Below, piece by piece: positions 38,836-48,276 of a DNA stretch of 64,000 nucleotides. Numbering within the stretch: the first letter of the stretch is position 1; the number at the start of each line of letters is the position of its first letter. The DNA lies in the NCBI GenBank assembly GCA_964624535.1, contig CAZUXF010000003.1:104308-168307 (forward strand). The letters run 5' to 3'. The notes beneath the pieces are model-generated. The model ran no database searches. It saw nothing but the letters and a program-made list of their open reading frames with translations, and was not told the origin of the DNA. Source of the DNA: an uncultured Anaerolinea sp. (lineage in GTDB: Bacteria; Chloroflexota; Anaerolineae; Anaerolineales; Anaerolineaceae). The position numbers were made by a program, and so were the translations under genes.

Positions 38836-39285
38836 ATGTCCAATCAAAACGTACCCACTTCATCAGTAAACGTTCCCAACCCCGGCCCAGGCTGCCTGGT
38901 GCGCGGGCTGTATTTCATCTTTATCGGTTCCTGGCTCGGCTTGATCTGGGTGTTGCTTGCCTGGTTCTTTAACCTGACCATCATCGGCCTGCCGCTTGGG
39001 CTAGCCATGATCAACCGAATCCCCCAGGTGATGACCCTGCGCCCTGAACGCGTGCAGACCACCGTCACAGTTCGCGATGGCGCCCCCGTCGTCCGGCAGA
39101 CACCGTTGACCCAGCCGCCCTTCCTGCTACGCGCGCTTTACTTCGTGGTGATCGGCTTCTGGTTCAGCCTGGTATGGACCCTGCTGGCCTGGATCTTCAC
39201 CGCCTTCACCCTAGGTTTTGGCCTGCCGCTGGCGTTCTGGATGTTTGACCGCACACCCTGCGTGACCACTCTCGCCCGAATTTAA
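38836..39285 (+). CDS. YccF domain membrane protein (two DUF307 repeats)
   Basis: Internal duplication: ...LYFIFIGSWLGLIWVLLAWFFNLTIIGLPLG... and ...LYFVVIGFWFSLVWTLLAWIFTAFTLGFGLPL... Confidence 0.7.
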   Translation: MSNQNVPTSSVNVPNPGPGCLVRGLYFIFIGSWLGLIWVLLAWFFNLTIIGLPLGLAMINRIPQVMTLRPERVQTTVTVRDGAPVVRQTPLTQPPFLLRALYFVVIGFWFSLVWTLLAWIFTAFTLGFGLPLAFWMFDRTPCVTTLARI

Positions 39286-39304
39286 TTTAGGTCGCTAAGT
39301 CTGT

Positions 39305-39332
39305 AGCCCTTCCACGATGGAAGGGCTTTTTT
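39305..39332 (+). terminator. intrinsic terminator
   Basis: 10-bp stem AGCCCTTCCA/TGGAAGGGCT followed by T6. Confidence 0.8.
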
Positions 39333-39444
39333 GTGACCATAAGCAACCCTACAAGGAGTAACTTCCATCGACCAAAACCCGGCCACGGTGTAAAATGAAG
39401 ACAGTAGTTTTTAATGTCTCGAGCACTCAAAAAGGTTACTCTAC

Positions 39445-40458
39445 ATGAATCCTCATTATAAGATCGTCATCCCCATGGCCGGCTTGGGTTCACGCATGCG
39501 CCCCCACACCTGGAACCGACCCAAGCCGCTGCTTTACCTGGCCGGCATGACCGTGTTGGATCACGCCCTGGATCAATTCAAAAGTCTCCCTCATCTTAGC
39601 GAAGCCGAATATGTCTTCATCGTCAGCCCCAACCAGGGCGAACAGATCCAGGAGCACATGCAGGCAACGCACCCCGATAAAGTGGTGCATTTCGTGGTGC
39701 AGGAGCAAATGCAAGGCCAATCGCAGGCCATTTCGCTTGCCAGGGAATACCTGGACGCCCCCGTGCTGGTTGCTTTTTCTGACACCCTGATCGAAACAGA
39801 CCTGTCATTTCTTTCTCAAGATTCGGCGGACGGCATCGCCTGGGTCAAGCCGATGGACGATCCGCGCCGTTTCGGCGTGGTGGAAGCGGACGCCGCCGGG
39901 TGGGCAAAACGATTGATCGAAAAACCCACCGACATGAGCAACAACCTGGTCGTGGTGGGGTTCTATTATTTCAAACACGGTGAAGACCTGGTCAACGCCA
40001 TCGACGAACAAATGAAACGCGGCGCTAGCTTAAAGGGTGAATATTTCCTGGCTGACGCGATCAACATTCTGTTGGAACGAGGTGCCCGCATCAAAGTGCG
40101 CCAGACCGAAACCTGGCTGGATGCCGGCATTCCGGATTCCTTACTGGCCACCAACCGTTTTCTGCTGGATCACGGCCGCTGTACCTGCCCGACACAAAAA
40201 TCGATTGAAGGTGTTTCCATAATCGAGCCGGTGTCTATCTCTGAAGGCGTCACCCTGGTTTCTGCGGTCATTGGCCCCCACGTGACCCTTGGCGAGGGCT
40301 GCGTGCTCGAAAACGTGGTCATCCGTAATTCGATCATCGAGGCCGGCACGCGCATCAAGGATATGGTGGTGGAAGGTTCGATCGTGGGTCGCGATGTGAC
40401 GTTGGAAGGCCGACCTGAACAACTCAATATCGGCGACAATTCGTGGGTGACCCGCTAA
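39445..40458 (+). CDS. sugar-phosphate nucleotidyltransferase with C-terminal left-handed beta-helix
   Basis: VIPMAGLGSRMRP...KPLL N-terminal NTP-transferase motif and C-terminal hexapeptide-like repeats. Confidence 0.7.
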   Translation: MNPHYKIVIPMAGLGSRMRPHTWNRPKPLLYLAGMTVLDHALDQFKSLPHLSEAEYVFIVSPNQGEQIQEHMQATHPDKVVHFVVQEQMQGQSQAISLAREYLDAPVLVAFSDTLIETDLSFLSQDSADGIAWVKPMDDPRRFGVVEADAAGWAKRLIEKPTDMSNNLVVVGFYYFKHGEDLVNAIDEQMKRGASLKGEYFLADAINILLERGARIKVRQTETWLDAGIPDSLLATNRFLLDHGRCTCPTQKSIEGVSIIEPVSISEGVTLVSAVIGPHVTLGEGCVLENVVIRNSIIEAGTRIKDMVVEGSIVGRDVTLEGRPEQLNIGDNSWVTR

Positions 40459-40505
40459 TCCCGGGAAATCTTATTACGAAAAATATTTGAATTCGAGGAG
40501 CATTA

Positions 40506-41666
40506 ATGCGCGATCAATACCTTTCCCGACGAGTTTCTGGTTTGCGCCCATCGGGCATCCGCAAGTTTTTTGACATTGCGGCTACGATGAAAGATGTGAT
40601 CTCTCTAGGGGTGGGGGAACCTGATTTCACCACACCTGAGCCGATCTTGCGGGCAGGCATCCAGGCGCTTGAGCGTGGCGAGACGCATTACACCTCCAAT
40701 TACGGCATCATCGAATTGCGCCGAGCGCTCGCGACCCACCTCGAAAAACTTTACGGGGTCAAATACGACCCGCAAACCCAGATTGTGATCACGGTGGGCG
40801 GCTCCGAAGCCCTGAACCTGGCGGCCATCGCCTTGATCAACCCAGGCGACGAAGTCATCATCCCAACTCCTTGTTTTGTTTCCTACCAGGCAGCCGTCAT
40901 CCTGGCGGGCGGTATCGCCGTGGAAGTGCCCTGCCGGCTCGAAAACAATTTTGATTTTGACCCGGACGAATTAAGGGCGGCCATCACCCCGCGTACCAAG
41001 GCCATCCTGGTTGGCTTCCCCAACAACCCCACCGGCGCGGTGGCCAGCCGTGAAAACCTGCTCGAAGTTGCCAAGATGGCCGAAGAGCACGACCTGATCG
41101 TGATCTCGGACGAGATCTACGACCGCCTGGTCTACGGCAGCAAGCATGTTTGCTTCCCGTCCTTCCCGGGTGTGTTCGACCGCACCCTTTTGTTGGGTGG
41201 CTTTTCCAAGGATTATGCCATGACCGGCTGGCGCATCGGCTACGCCGCCGGGCCGGAGCACATCATCAGCGGCTTGTTGCGCGTGCATCAATTCATGGTC
41301 ATGTCCGCGCCCACCATGTCGCAAATGGCCGCGCTTGAGGCGCTCTTGAGCGGCGAAGAATACGTAAAAAAAATGGTGGCGGAATACGACCGCCGCCGGA
41401 AATTACTGGTCAGTGGTCTCAACCAGATCGGCTTGCCTACCTTTGAGCCGAAAGGCGCGTTTTACGCCTTCCCCAAGGTGAGCGTCACCGGCCTGGACGA
41501 CGAAGCCTTCTGCGAGCGGCTCTTGAAAGAGGAACATGTCGCCATCATCCCCGGCAACTCGTTCGGCGCTGGTGGTGAAGGCTTCGCGCGCTGTTGTTAC
41601 GCCACGGGGTATAACCAGTTGGAAGAAGCCCTCGAACGGATTGAAAGGTTTGTCGGCAGAATCTAA
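40506..41666 (+). CDS. class I/II PLP-dependent aminotransferase
   Basis: 386 aa. SFSKDYAMTGWRIGY places the PLP lysine in its typical context. Confidence 0.8.
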   Translation: MRDQYLSRRVSGLRPSGIRKFFDIAATMKDVISLGVGEPDFTTPEPILRAGIQALERGETHYTSNYGIIELRRALATHLEKLYGVKYDPQTQIVITVGGSEALNLAAIALINPGDEVIIPTPCFVSYQAAVILAGGIAVEVPCRLENNFDFDPDELRAAITPRTKAILVGFPNNPTGAVASRENLLEVAKMAEEHDLIVISDEIYDRLVYGSKHVCFPSFPGVFDRTLLLGGFSKDYAMTGWRIGYAAGPEHIISGLLRVHQFMVMSAPTMSQMAALEALLSGEEYVKKMVAEYDRRRKLLVSGLNQIGLPTFEPKGAFYAFPKVSVTGLDDEAFCERLLKEEHVAIIPGNSFGAGGEGFARCCYATGYNQLEEALERIERFVGRI

Positions 41667-41704
41667 GAAACAGGGTGGGGTTTTTCCCCACCCTGTTTCT
41701 TTTA
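41667..41704. terminator. bidirectional terminator
   Basis: 14-bp perfect stem GAAACAGGGTGGGG/CCCCACCCTGTTTC with loop TTTTT, then TTTT. Lies between the convergent aminotransferase and coaX genes. Confidence 0.8.
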
Positions 41705-42469
41705 TAATTGGTTGTGTTGGTAAATAATCCTCACCCCGAGCAGGGTAAGCTCCGGTTCCACCGCATCAATACAGGTTACCTCCCCGGCGATCAGGTTCGC
41801 CAGCCCGCCGGTGGCAACCACTTTGGCGTCCCCACCTAATTCCTTTTTCATGCGCGCCACGATACCTTCCACCAGGCCAGCAAAACCGTAGATCAAGCCG
41901 GCTTGCAGCGAGAGGATCGTGTTGGTGCCGATGACGTGTTCCGGTTTATGCAGATCAACTGCCGGCAACATCGCGCCTGCTTTAAAGAGTGATTCGGCGC
42001 CGGTACCGATGCCGGGCGCGATGGCCACGCCTTCAAACACCTTGTCGCGGGAGACCGCCAAAAACGTGGTGGCCGTGCCGAAGCCGATCACGATCACCGG
42101 GGTACCGTATAACTGGATCGCACCCACCGCGTTGGCGATCAGGTCTGGGCCGACCTCAGCCGGGTTGTCGGTGTTGATACGAATGATCGGCTTCTTCACC
42201 TGGCCAACAATTACAGCGTCCAGGTCGAGGTGTCGTTTGACTAAATCGCGAAAGGCGATGGTCAAATCTGGCACCACGGAGGAAATGGCACACCCGTCAA
42301 TGGTTTCCTTTTGAATGTTTTCGCTGGCGAACAAAGAGAGCAGCAGCACACCATATTCATCCGCCAACTTGCTGGCATCTGTGAAAATGCGCCAGTGCGT
42401 GACCAGATTGTCCCCCTGGTACAAACCCAGTTTGATGTTGGTGTTGCCAATGTCGATGCAAAGGATCAT
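41702..42469 (-). CDS. coaX: type III pantothenate kinase
   Basis: MILCIDIGNTNIKLGLY N-terminus and ...VIGFGTATT..., ATGG motifs. Start moved to ATG 42469. Confidence 0.85.
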   Translation of the reverse strand: MILCIDIGNTNIKLGLYQGDNLVTHWRIFTDASKLADEYGVLLLSLFASENIQKETIDGCAISSVVPDLTIAFRDLVKRHLDLDAVIVGQVKKPIIRINTDNPAEVGPDLIANAVGAIQLYGTPVIVIGFGTATTFLAVSRDKVFEGVAIAPGIGTGAESLFKAGAMLPAVDLHKPEHVIGTNTILSLQAGLIYGFAGLVEGIVARMKKELGGDAKVVATGGLANLIAGEVTCIDAVEPELTLLGVRIIYQHNQL

Positions 42470-42489
42470 GGTCACCTCATTGTAAACAG

Positions 42490-42858
42490 TTACTGTAATC
42501 CCAGAGAGCCCAGGATGCTGTCGATGCCAGAGACCAACCCGCCGAAGATCAACACGGCTAACACAATCAACAAGACGCAAAGACCAAGATAAATAAATCC
42601 AAGCCACTGCCCCGTGGACGCGAGCTTTTTGCCACCGAGTTGACCATCAGATCGGCGTATCATCCGTTTCGCGCGTCCGCCGGCAAAAATTGCCACCAGG
42701 GCTGTGATCGGTGCCAGGAAAATCGCCAGTAGTAATTTCATGTCCACAAGGGAATGGAAGAACAACAGCAAGTAAGTCAAAACGCCACTTGCAAAACTTA
42801 CCAGAGCGGAAAGTGTAAGCCGCTTGGATTTCGGTGGCTCAACAGTTGGTTCATTCAT
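42490..42858 (-). CDS. small membrane protein (DUF4190-like)
   Basis: 122 aa with three or four hydrophobic segments. Immediately upstream of coaX. Confidence 0.5.
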   Translation of the reverse strand: MNEPTVEPPKSKRLTLSALVSFASGVLTYLLLFFHSLVDMKLLLAIFLAPITALVAIFAGGRAKRMIRRSDGQLGGKKLASTGQWLGFIYLGLCVLLIVLAVLIFGGLVSGIDSILGSLGLQ

Positions 42859-43113
42859 CGCGACACCTCCTCAAAGGTTAAACCGTTAAAAACATTATAG
42901 CAGGTGGAAACATCGTTGGTATGATTGGGCTTTTGGGTTAAAAAGAAAGAATGCCATAATCTGCAGGGTCAATTGTTGTTATACTAATTTTGTCCACACA
43001 AGAATCCTCCCGATTTGAACGGGGAACCCGCACTCCCGCCTCATTTCAACTTCATCGCTGCCACTTGAACCCCGCCTTTATCAGGATGGGTGTTTTTGCA
43101 AATGAGGTGAAAA

Positions 43114-45426
43114 ATGAACTGTGTGAATTGTGGAACCCCACTGGCTTATTCTGATAAAGCTTGCCCGATCTGCGGTACTCCCCGCCCGCTCGTCGGGCAG
43201 GATTTTGCCGACCTCGAAAAACGCACGGCAGATCTATACATGCAACATACCAACCGGCAGATCACCGAAGAGCATTACCGCGCCATTCTCAGACAGTGTG
43301 TTTTGCCAGACCCTTCCGGCGGTGCCTGGACGCTCGATCCGGCTTTCCGCGACTGGCTTTGGTTTGATGGAAAGCGATGGGTCAAACGCAACCCTTACAA
43401 GAGCATGGGTTCACCCAAAAAGGTTAAAAAAAGCGGTTCTGGGAGCAATTCGAAGGTCTGGCTGTGGATCGTACTTGGCGTCGCCCTCGCGTTGATCCTG
43501 ATCGAAGTCACCCTGGTGGGCTGGCAGAAGGGCTGGCTGCGTTTTGGCCCTCGCCAAAGTTACGCGGTGGCGGCGGTCGCCTACCGGGTGGATGACCTGC
43601 CCCCCGCGCTTTCCATGTATGTGGGCAGACCCGACCAGGATCCGTTCACGCTGCCTGAAGGTCGATATTACATTGAAGCCATCGACCAAAACTCTGAAGG
43701 TGTGTCGATGGGGATTGTGGAAATCGAGAACGATGGAACCAATCAAACGCCGGTCATTTTTCCACGCTTGTTCGCGCGTGAAGATGCTCTTCTGAGCCCA
43801 TACCAGGTGGTTGAACTCAACGAAGTGATGGATTTTATCCTCTTAACCGAAGTCTCAAGAATCACCTTCTATCAAACCATTTCAAGCGATTTTTCAAACT
43901 TGCCTTACGCTGCCGATGAAGACATCTCCATGAGCAGCCTGGATCCACTTTTTGAGACTTTTTTCGCCATGGAAAACCAGACCGCGGTTGTATCTGAGGC
44001 GCTGGAAAACTTCCAATCCCGCGCGCTCGCGGCTCTTTCTTCGGCTTCCGCACAAATGGACGTGAACAATGGGGCACCTTTCTTAGCCAGACCCAGGCAG
44101 ATCACCGGTTTATTGGTCAAGTTTGCCAGTTTTTTCGGCAGGGGCAGCGCGGCGGCAGACAATGCCAGAACAGAAATGCTGGCGGCTTACGCCGAAATGA
44201 CACAGGAACAACGCGACGAAGCCTTTCAGATGGTCGAAGACCATAACCGGGCTGGCGCGGAAAATTTCGCTGAATTCATCGTCAAGTTGGAAAACGGAGA
44301 GGTCAGCAGCAGTTCTACCCTCGGCGCCCGCCGCGATCTCTACAATGATTGGGGCTATCAGGCCGCTGCTCAAACCCCCGGGATTAACCGTCCCTGCCTG
44401 AATACCGCCCATACCGAAGGCGCGGAGTTGGTCACCGCTGGAGCTGAATTGTATGTGGACATCATTAAAACCGTGCTCACCACCAATTTTCCTGACATTA
44501 AGACCGGGGTGGATTGGGCTGAAAAAGCCGACAAGTGGTCCACCTACATCCGCGATTTGATGAACGATCCAGCCCAAGCCGCCGAGAACTTCACCTTTGA
44601 CCAGCTTAAAGACGCCCTGACGGACAAGATCAAGGGCGATCTTGGGGAGATCAACCCGGGAATAAGTGACGATGAGGTCGAGGAGATTGCCGGCGAGATC
44701 GCCCAAGCCATCGTCGATGAAAATAAGAGCCAATTGGAAGTCGTGAAAACGGAAGCGCCAGGTTTCTTCGATTGGGTTTTTGGAAATAGACCCACCAAGA
44801 CTGAACGGCCAAACACGACCGACGAGGAAGAATTGGAGTATCCCACCGAGACGCCAACCTTGATGCCCTCAACGACTGCCACGAACGAGGTTACCAACAC
44901 GCCCGAGCCGACCCTGGATTACTCCTGGATCGACCCGTATGTGTCTACCGTCTCCGAGGAATTAACCAACCTTGGATACGACATGGACGTCATCGCTGGG
45001 TTCACAGAAACGTTACGGGGCTGCCTGCGTAGCGCTGTGGAAGAACGCAGGTCGGCCAGCTCCGCGCAGAACAGTTGTCGTGGATCGATCGATAATTTCA
45101 AAAAGAGCCCTACACCGACACCTGAAATGCGAACCTTTGGCGGAGCCTGGAATAGCGGGGTGTTGTGCGGAGAAGCCGACGACCCCAAGTACACGTGGGT
45201 GGTGAGTTTAAGCCAGGCCGCGAGCGGCGCCGTAACGGGAACGATCAGTTTTCACAATTGCCCAGGCGGCGGCGCTGTGTATTACTCCGTCAGCGGTCAG
45301 GCAACCTCTTCTTCAGTTCTGGTGTTGAACGCCCGCAAGACCAATGGGCGGGGCGACCTGGGTGGCAATTCCGCCAGCAGCGCCGTGATCCACATCCAGT
45401 TTTATGGACCACCGAGATTTAATTAA
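43114..45426 (+). CDS. orphan 770-aa zinc-ribbon membrane-anchored protein
   Basis: N-terminal CVNCGTPL...CPICGTP zinc ribbon, K/S-rich linker and a single TM (VWLWIVLGVALALILIEVTLVGW). A roughly 620-aa predicted extracytoplasmic part carries a T/P/E-rich linker and a Cys-containing C-terminal domain. No family recognised. Confidence 0.55.
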   Translation: MNCVNCGTPLAYSDKACPICGTPRPLVGQDFADLEKRTADLYMQHTNRQITEEHYRAILRQCVLPDPSGGAWTLDPAFRDWLWFDGKRWVKRNPYKSMGSPKKVKKSGSGSNSKVWLWIVLGVALALILIEVTLVGWQKGWLRFGPRQSYAVAAVAYRVDDLPPALSMYVGRPDQDPFTLPEGRYYIEAIDQNSEGVSMGIVEIENDGTNQTPVIFPRLFAREDALLSPYQVVELNEVMDFILLTEVSRITFYQTISSDFSNLPYAADEDISMSSLDPLFETFFAMENQTAVVSEALENFQSRALAALSSASAQMDVNNGAPFLARPRQITGLLVKFASFFGRGSAAADNARTEMLAAYAEMTQEQRDEAFQMVEDHNRAGAENFAEFIVKLENGEVSSSSTLGARRDLYNDWGYQAAAQTPGINRPCLNTAHTEGAELVTAGAELYVDIIKTVLTTNFPDIKTGVDWAEKADKWSTYIRDLMNDPAQAAENFTFDQLKDALTDKIKGDLGEINPGISDDEVEEIAGEIAQAIVDENKSQLEVVKTEAPGFFDWVFGNRPTKTERPNTTDEEELEYPTETPTLMPSTTATNEVTNTPEPTLDYSWIDPYVSTVSEELTNLGYDMDVIAGFTETLRGCLRSAVEERRSASSAQNSCRGSIDNFKKSPTPTPEMRTFGGAWNSGVLCGEADDPKYTWVVSLSQAASGAVTGTISFHNCPGGGAVYYSVSGQATSSSVLVLNARKTNGRGDLGGNSASSAVIHIQFYGPPRFN

Positions 45427-45503
45427 ACATAGACGTAAACCAGGTTGATTTATTCAATAGCTCGCGAGACGGACATTTTGGGGTTAATGATAAAATCAAC
45501 CCC

Positions 45504-46967
45504 ATGATGAAATACGAACCCGTCATCGGTCTTGAAGTCCATGCCGAACTGGCCACCGCTACCAAAATGTTCTGTGCGTGCCCCGTCGTCGATAACACCG
45601 ACGCCGCGCCTAACACGGCGGTTTGCCCTGTATGTGCCGGCATGCCCGGTACCCTGCCTGTACTCAACCAAAAAGCGGTCGAGTACGGCATCCGCGCTGC
45701 CCTGGCTTTGGATTGCGCGGTGCAACGGGTTTCGATTTTTGCACGTAAAAATTATTTCTACCCCGATCTCCCTAAAGGTTACCAGATCTCTCAATACGAA
45801 GAACCGCTTGCGGTCAACGGGAAACTGGTTGTGGATACCCCGCATGGGGAGAAAACGATCCGCATCCGGCGGGTTCACCTTGAGGAAGACACCGGAAAAC
45901 TGACCCACTTAGTAGAAGCAAAAAATGAGTGCTCATTGGTGAATCTGAACCGTGCAGGGGTGCCCTTGCTCGAGATTGTGACCGAACCAGACATGCACTC
46001 GCTGGAAGAAGTTCGCTCTTACGCCACTCAGTTGCGTGCCATCCTCCGTGAGATTGGTGTCAACTCCGGTGACATGGAAAAAGGTGTCATCCGTTTTGAG
46101 GCTAACGTTTCAATTCGGATAGTTGGTAGCAGCGAGTTGGGCACGCGTGTTGAGATCAAAAACCTCAACTCATTCCGCGCCATGGAACGGGGCATCGCCT
46201 ATGAACTTGATCGCCAGTCTCGATTGTTGGAAAAGGGCGGCAAGGTGATCCAAGAAACCCTGGGCTGGAACGAAGCTGAACAAGTCACCTATTCACAACG
46301 TTCGAAAGAAGAAGCTCACGATTACCGCTATTTTCCGGAACCCGATCTGCCCCCGCTGGTAGTGGAGTCAGACTGGGCGGAACAGATCAGACAGGGTCTG
46401 CCAGAACTTCCCCGCGAAAAATCTTCACGCCTTCAGCGTGATTACGATTTAAAACCAAGCGAGGCTGCCAAGCTGTCTGAAGACCGGGAGATTGGTGAAT
46501 TCTTTGAAACCTGTGTCAAGTCGCTCAAGAGAGGCACGGCGCGGAATGCCGCAGCCTGGATCACTGGCGAATTGTTTGCCTGGTTGAATCAAACCGGCAC
46601 ACCCTTTCAGTCTATCGCGGTCAATCCGGAGGGTTTGGCTGAATTGATCGACCTTGTGCAACAAGGGATCGTCAATCAGAATAGCGCCAAGCTCGCGCTG
46701 GTTGAAATGCTAACCACAGGTGTTAGAGCAGATGCTGTGATCAACACCTTAAACCTGGTTCAAAACTCAGATGGCGACATGATTTCGAGACTTATTCGTG
46801 AAGTCATCCAGGCCAACCCAAATGAACTTGAAAATTACATTTCAGGCAAAGAGACACTTGCCAACTGGTTTTTTGGTCAGGCCATGCGAGCCGCAGACGG
46901 TAAAGCCAATCCGGCCATGCTTAAATCAGAGTTGGAAAATCAACTGCAAAAACTAAAATCCCTATAA
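45504..46967 (+). CDS. gatB: Asp/Glu-tRNA amidotransferase subunit B
   Basis: YEPVIGLEVHAELATATKMFC...NRAGVPLLEIV... canonical GatB sequence. 487 aa. Confidence 0.9.
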   Translation: MMKYEPVIGLEVHAELATATKMFCACPVVDNTDAAPNTAVCPVCAGMPGTLPVLNQKAVEYGIRAALALDCAVQRVSIFARKNYFYPDLPKGYQISQYEEPLAVNGKLVVDTPHGEKTIRIRRVHLEEDTGKLTHLVEAKNECSLVNLNRAGVPLLEIVTEPDMHSLEEVRSYATQLRAILREIGVNSGDMEKGVIRFEANVSIRIVGSSELGTRVEIKNLNSFRAMERGIAYELDRQSRLLEKGGKVIQETLGWNEAEQVTYSQRSKEEAHDYRYFPEPDLPPLVVESDWAEQIRQGLPELPREKSSRLQRDYDLKPSEAAKLSEDREIGEFFETCVKSLKRGTARNAAAWITGELFAWLNQTGTPFQSIAVNPEGLAELIDLVQQGIVNQNSAKLALVEMLTTGVRADAVINTLNLVQNSDGDMISRLIREVIQANPNELENYISGKETLANWFFGQAMRAADGKANPAMLKSELENQLQKLKSL

Positions 46968-46993
46968 CGCTCAACATTGGTTTAAATACCCTC

Positions 46994-47037
46994 TTGACAA
47001 CCATATACATTTTTGATATTATATCGTCATGCGATAT
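46994..47037 (+). promoter_or_regulatory. promoter TTGACA-N17-TATTAT with overlapping palindromic operator
   Basis: TTGACA 46994-46999 and TATTAT 47017-47022. Inverted repeat ATATCG-N5-CGATAT at 47021-47037 starts in the last two bases of the -10 hexamer and extends downstream; likely the PadR autoregulatory site. Confidence 0.55.
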
Positions 47038-47086
47038 AGCGTTATCCGATGCAACATTACACGATATAACGAAAGGCGTAGTAATA

Positions 47087-47425
47087 ATGGATGAAAACAA
47101 AATCATAGAACTGGTCAAGAAAGCCACACCGCTTACAGAAGCCTCCTTCTACATTTTAGTCTCGCTCAAAGAACCGTTGCACGGTTATGGTGTGATGCAG
47201 AAGGTTGGAGAAATCAGTCAAAACAGGGTTCTGTTGGGTCCAGGCACATTGTATGGGGCGCTTTCCAACATGCAATCTCTCGGGTTGATCGAGGCGGTGG
47301 ACGAAGCAGGCAGCGAACGGCGCAAGCTCTACCACATGACCGAAATCGGACAACGCGTGGCGGAACACGAAGTAAACCGTTTTGAAGAACTCGCCCGTCA
47401 CGGGCGGTATCTATTAGGAAAATGA
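47087..47425 (+). CDS. PadR family transcriptional regulator
   Basis: YILVSLKEPLHGYGVMQKV winged-helix signature. Start moved to ATG 47087. Confidence 0.8.
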   Translation: MDENKIIELVKKATPLTEASFYILVSLKEPLHGYGVMQKVGEISQNRVLLGPGTLYGALSNMQSLGLIEAVDEAGSERRKLYHMTEIGQRVAEHEVNRFEELARHGRYLLGK

Positions 47426-47440
47426 GGAACCCATGAAGAG

Positions 47441-47986
47441 TTGACCAAAAAAGTCGTTAAAATCATATTCGCCTGGGAAGACGAAAAAGAAGAAAAATGG
47501 CTGGAAGAGATGGCCGCCCAGGGTTGGAAGCTCGAACATGCCGCGCCGTATGTCTATCACTTTCGCAAAAGCCAACCCGAAACAGTGGTCATCCGATTGG
47601 ATTACAAGAACACGCTTGACAAGGATTACCAGGAATACCAAACTCTTTTCCGCGACGCGGGATGGGAACTCGTGGTCACCTTTGCCAATTGGCACTATTT
47701 TAGGATCAATCCGCAGAACAACGAAACGCCCGAGATCTACAACTCCAATCGCGCCAAGTCTCAAAAATATCGGCGTCTTTTGATAGGGTTAGCACCCATC
47801 CTGATCATTTTTGTGAGCGTTTTCAATCCTGTGTTTTATCGAAATCAACTCCAGGAAACAGGCTCATTGGCAGATTTTTCCGGAGTGGCGTCAATCGTTC
47901 GACTTGTGCTGCTGGTTATCCTTATCTATGCCTTCATCCGGATCATTTACAAAATTCGGAAATTAGAATCAATGAACAAAGAATAA
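47441..47986 (+). CDS. DUF2812 domain membrane protein (PadR partner)
   Basis: FAWEDEKEEKWLEEMAAQGWKL is the typical DUF2812 N-terminus. Two C-terminal TM segments. TTG start. Confidence 0.65.
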   Translation: MTKKVVKIIFAWEDEKEEKWLEEMAAQGWKLEHAAPYVYHFRKSQPETVVIRLDYKNTLDKDYQEYQTLFRDAGWELVVTFANWHYFRINPQNNETPEIYNSNRAKSQKYRRLLIGLAPILIIFVSVFNPVFYRNQLQETGSLADFSGVASIVRLVLLVILIYAFIRIIYKIRKLESMNKE

Positions 47987-48007
47987 TCTGTCAAACCGCA
48001 CAACAAT

Positions 48008-48043
48008 CGCCAATATCCTCATATTAATATGAGGATATTGGCG
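48008..48043 (+). terminator. 17-bp perfect hairpin after PadR/DUF2812 operon
   Basis: CGCCAATATCCTCATAT-TA-ATATGAGGATATTGGCG. The downstream tract is only moderately T-rich. Confidence 0.5.
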
Positions 48044-48056
48044 TAATTATGACTAT

Positions 48057-48210
48057 TGTGCGCAGTTTTACGCTATTTGTCATATTGACGACGCACTCCT
48101 TCTCGGATAACCTTAACCCGGTTAAGACAGGAGAAAGAATCAGTGCGGTATTTGATCCGATCAACTGCGCATTTCAGCGGGCACAGGACCGATGTGCCTG
48201 CTTTTGTTTT
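48057..48210 (+). ncRNA. unclassified structured RNA (leader or sRNA) ending in an intrinsic terminator, upstream of gdh
   Basis: Closing helix TGCGCAGTT (48059-48067) / AACTGCGCA (48163-48171). Nested helices CGCACT/AGTGCG, CTCCT/AGGAG and CTTAAC/GTTAAG. Terminator 48177-48210 has a 9-bp stem followed by TTTTGTTTT. Confidence 0.45.
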
Positions 48211-48276
48211 AACCGCCGATTTTAATTTGTAAGCCGATTTCAGATTTCGTATTCTTATTTCTAAGGAGAGAACTGA

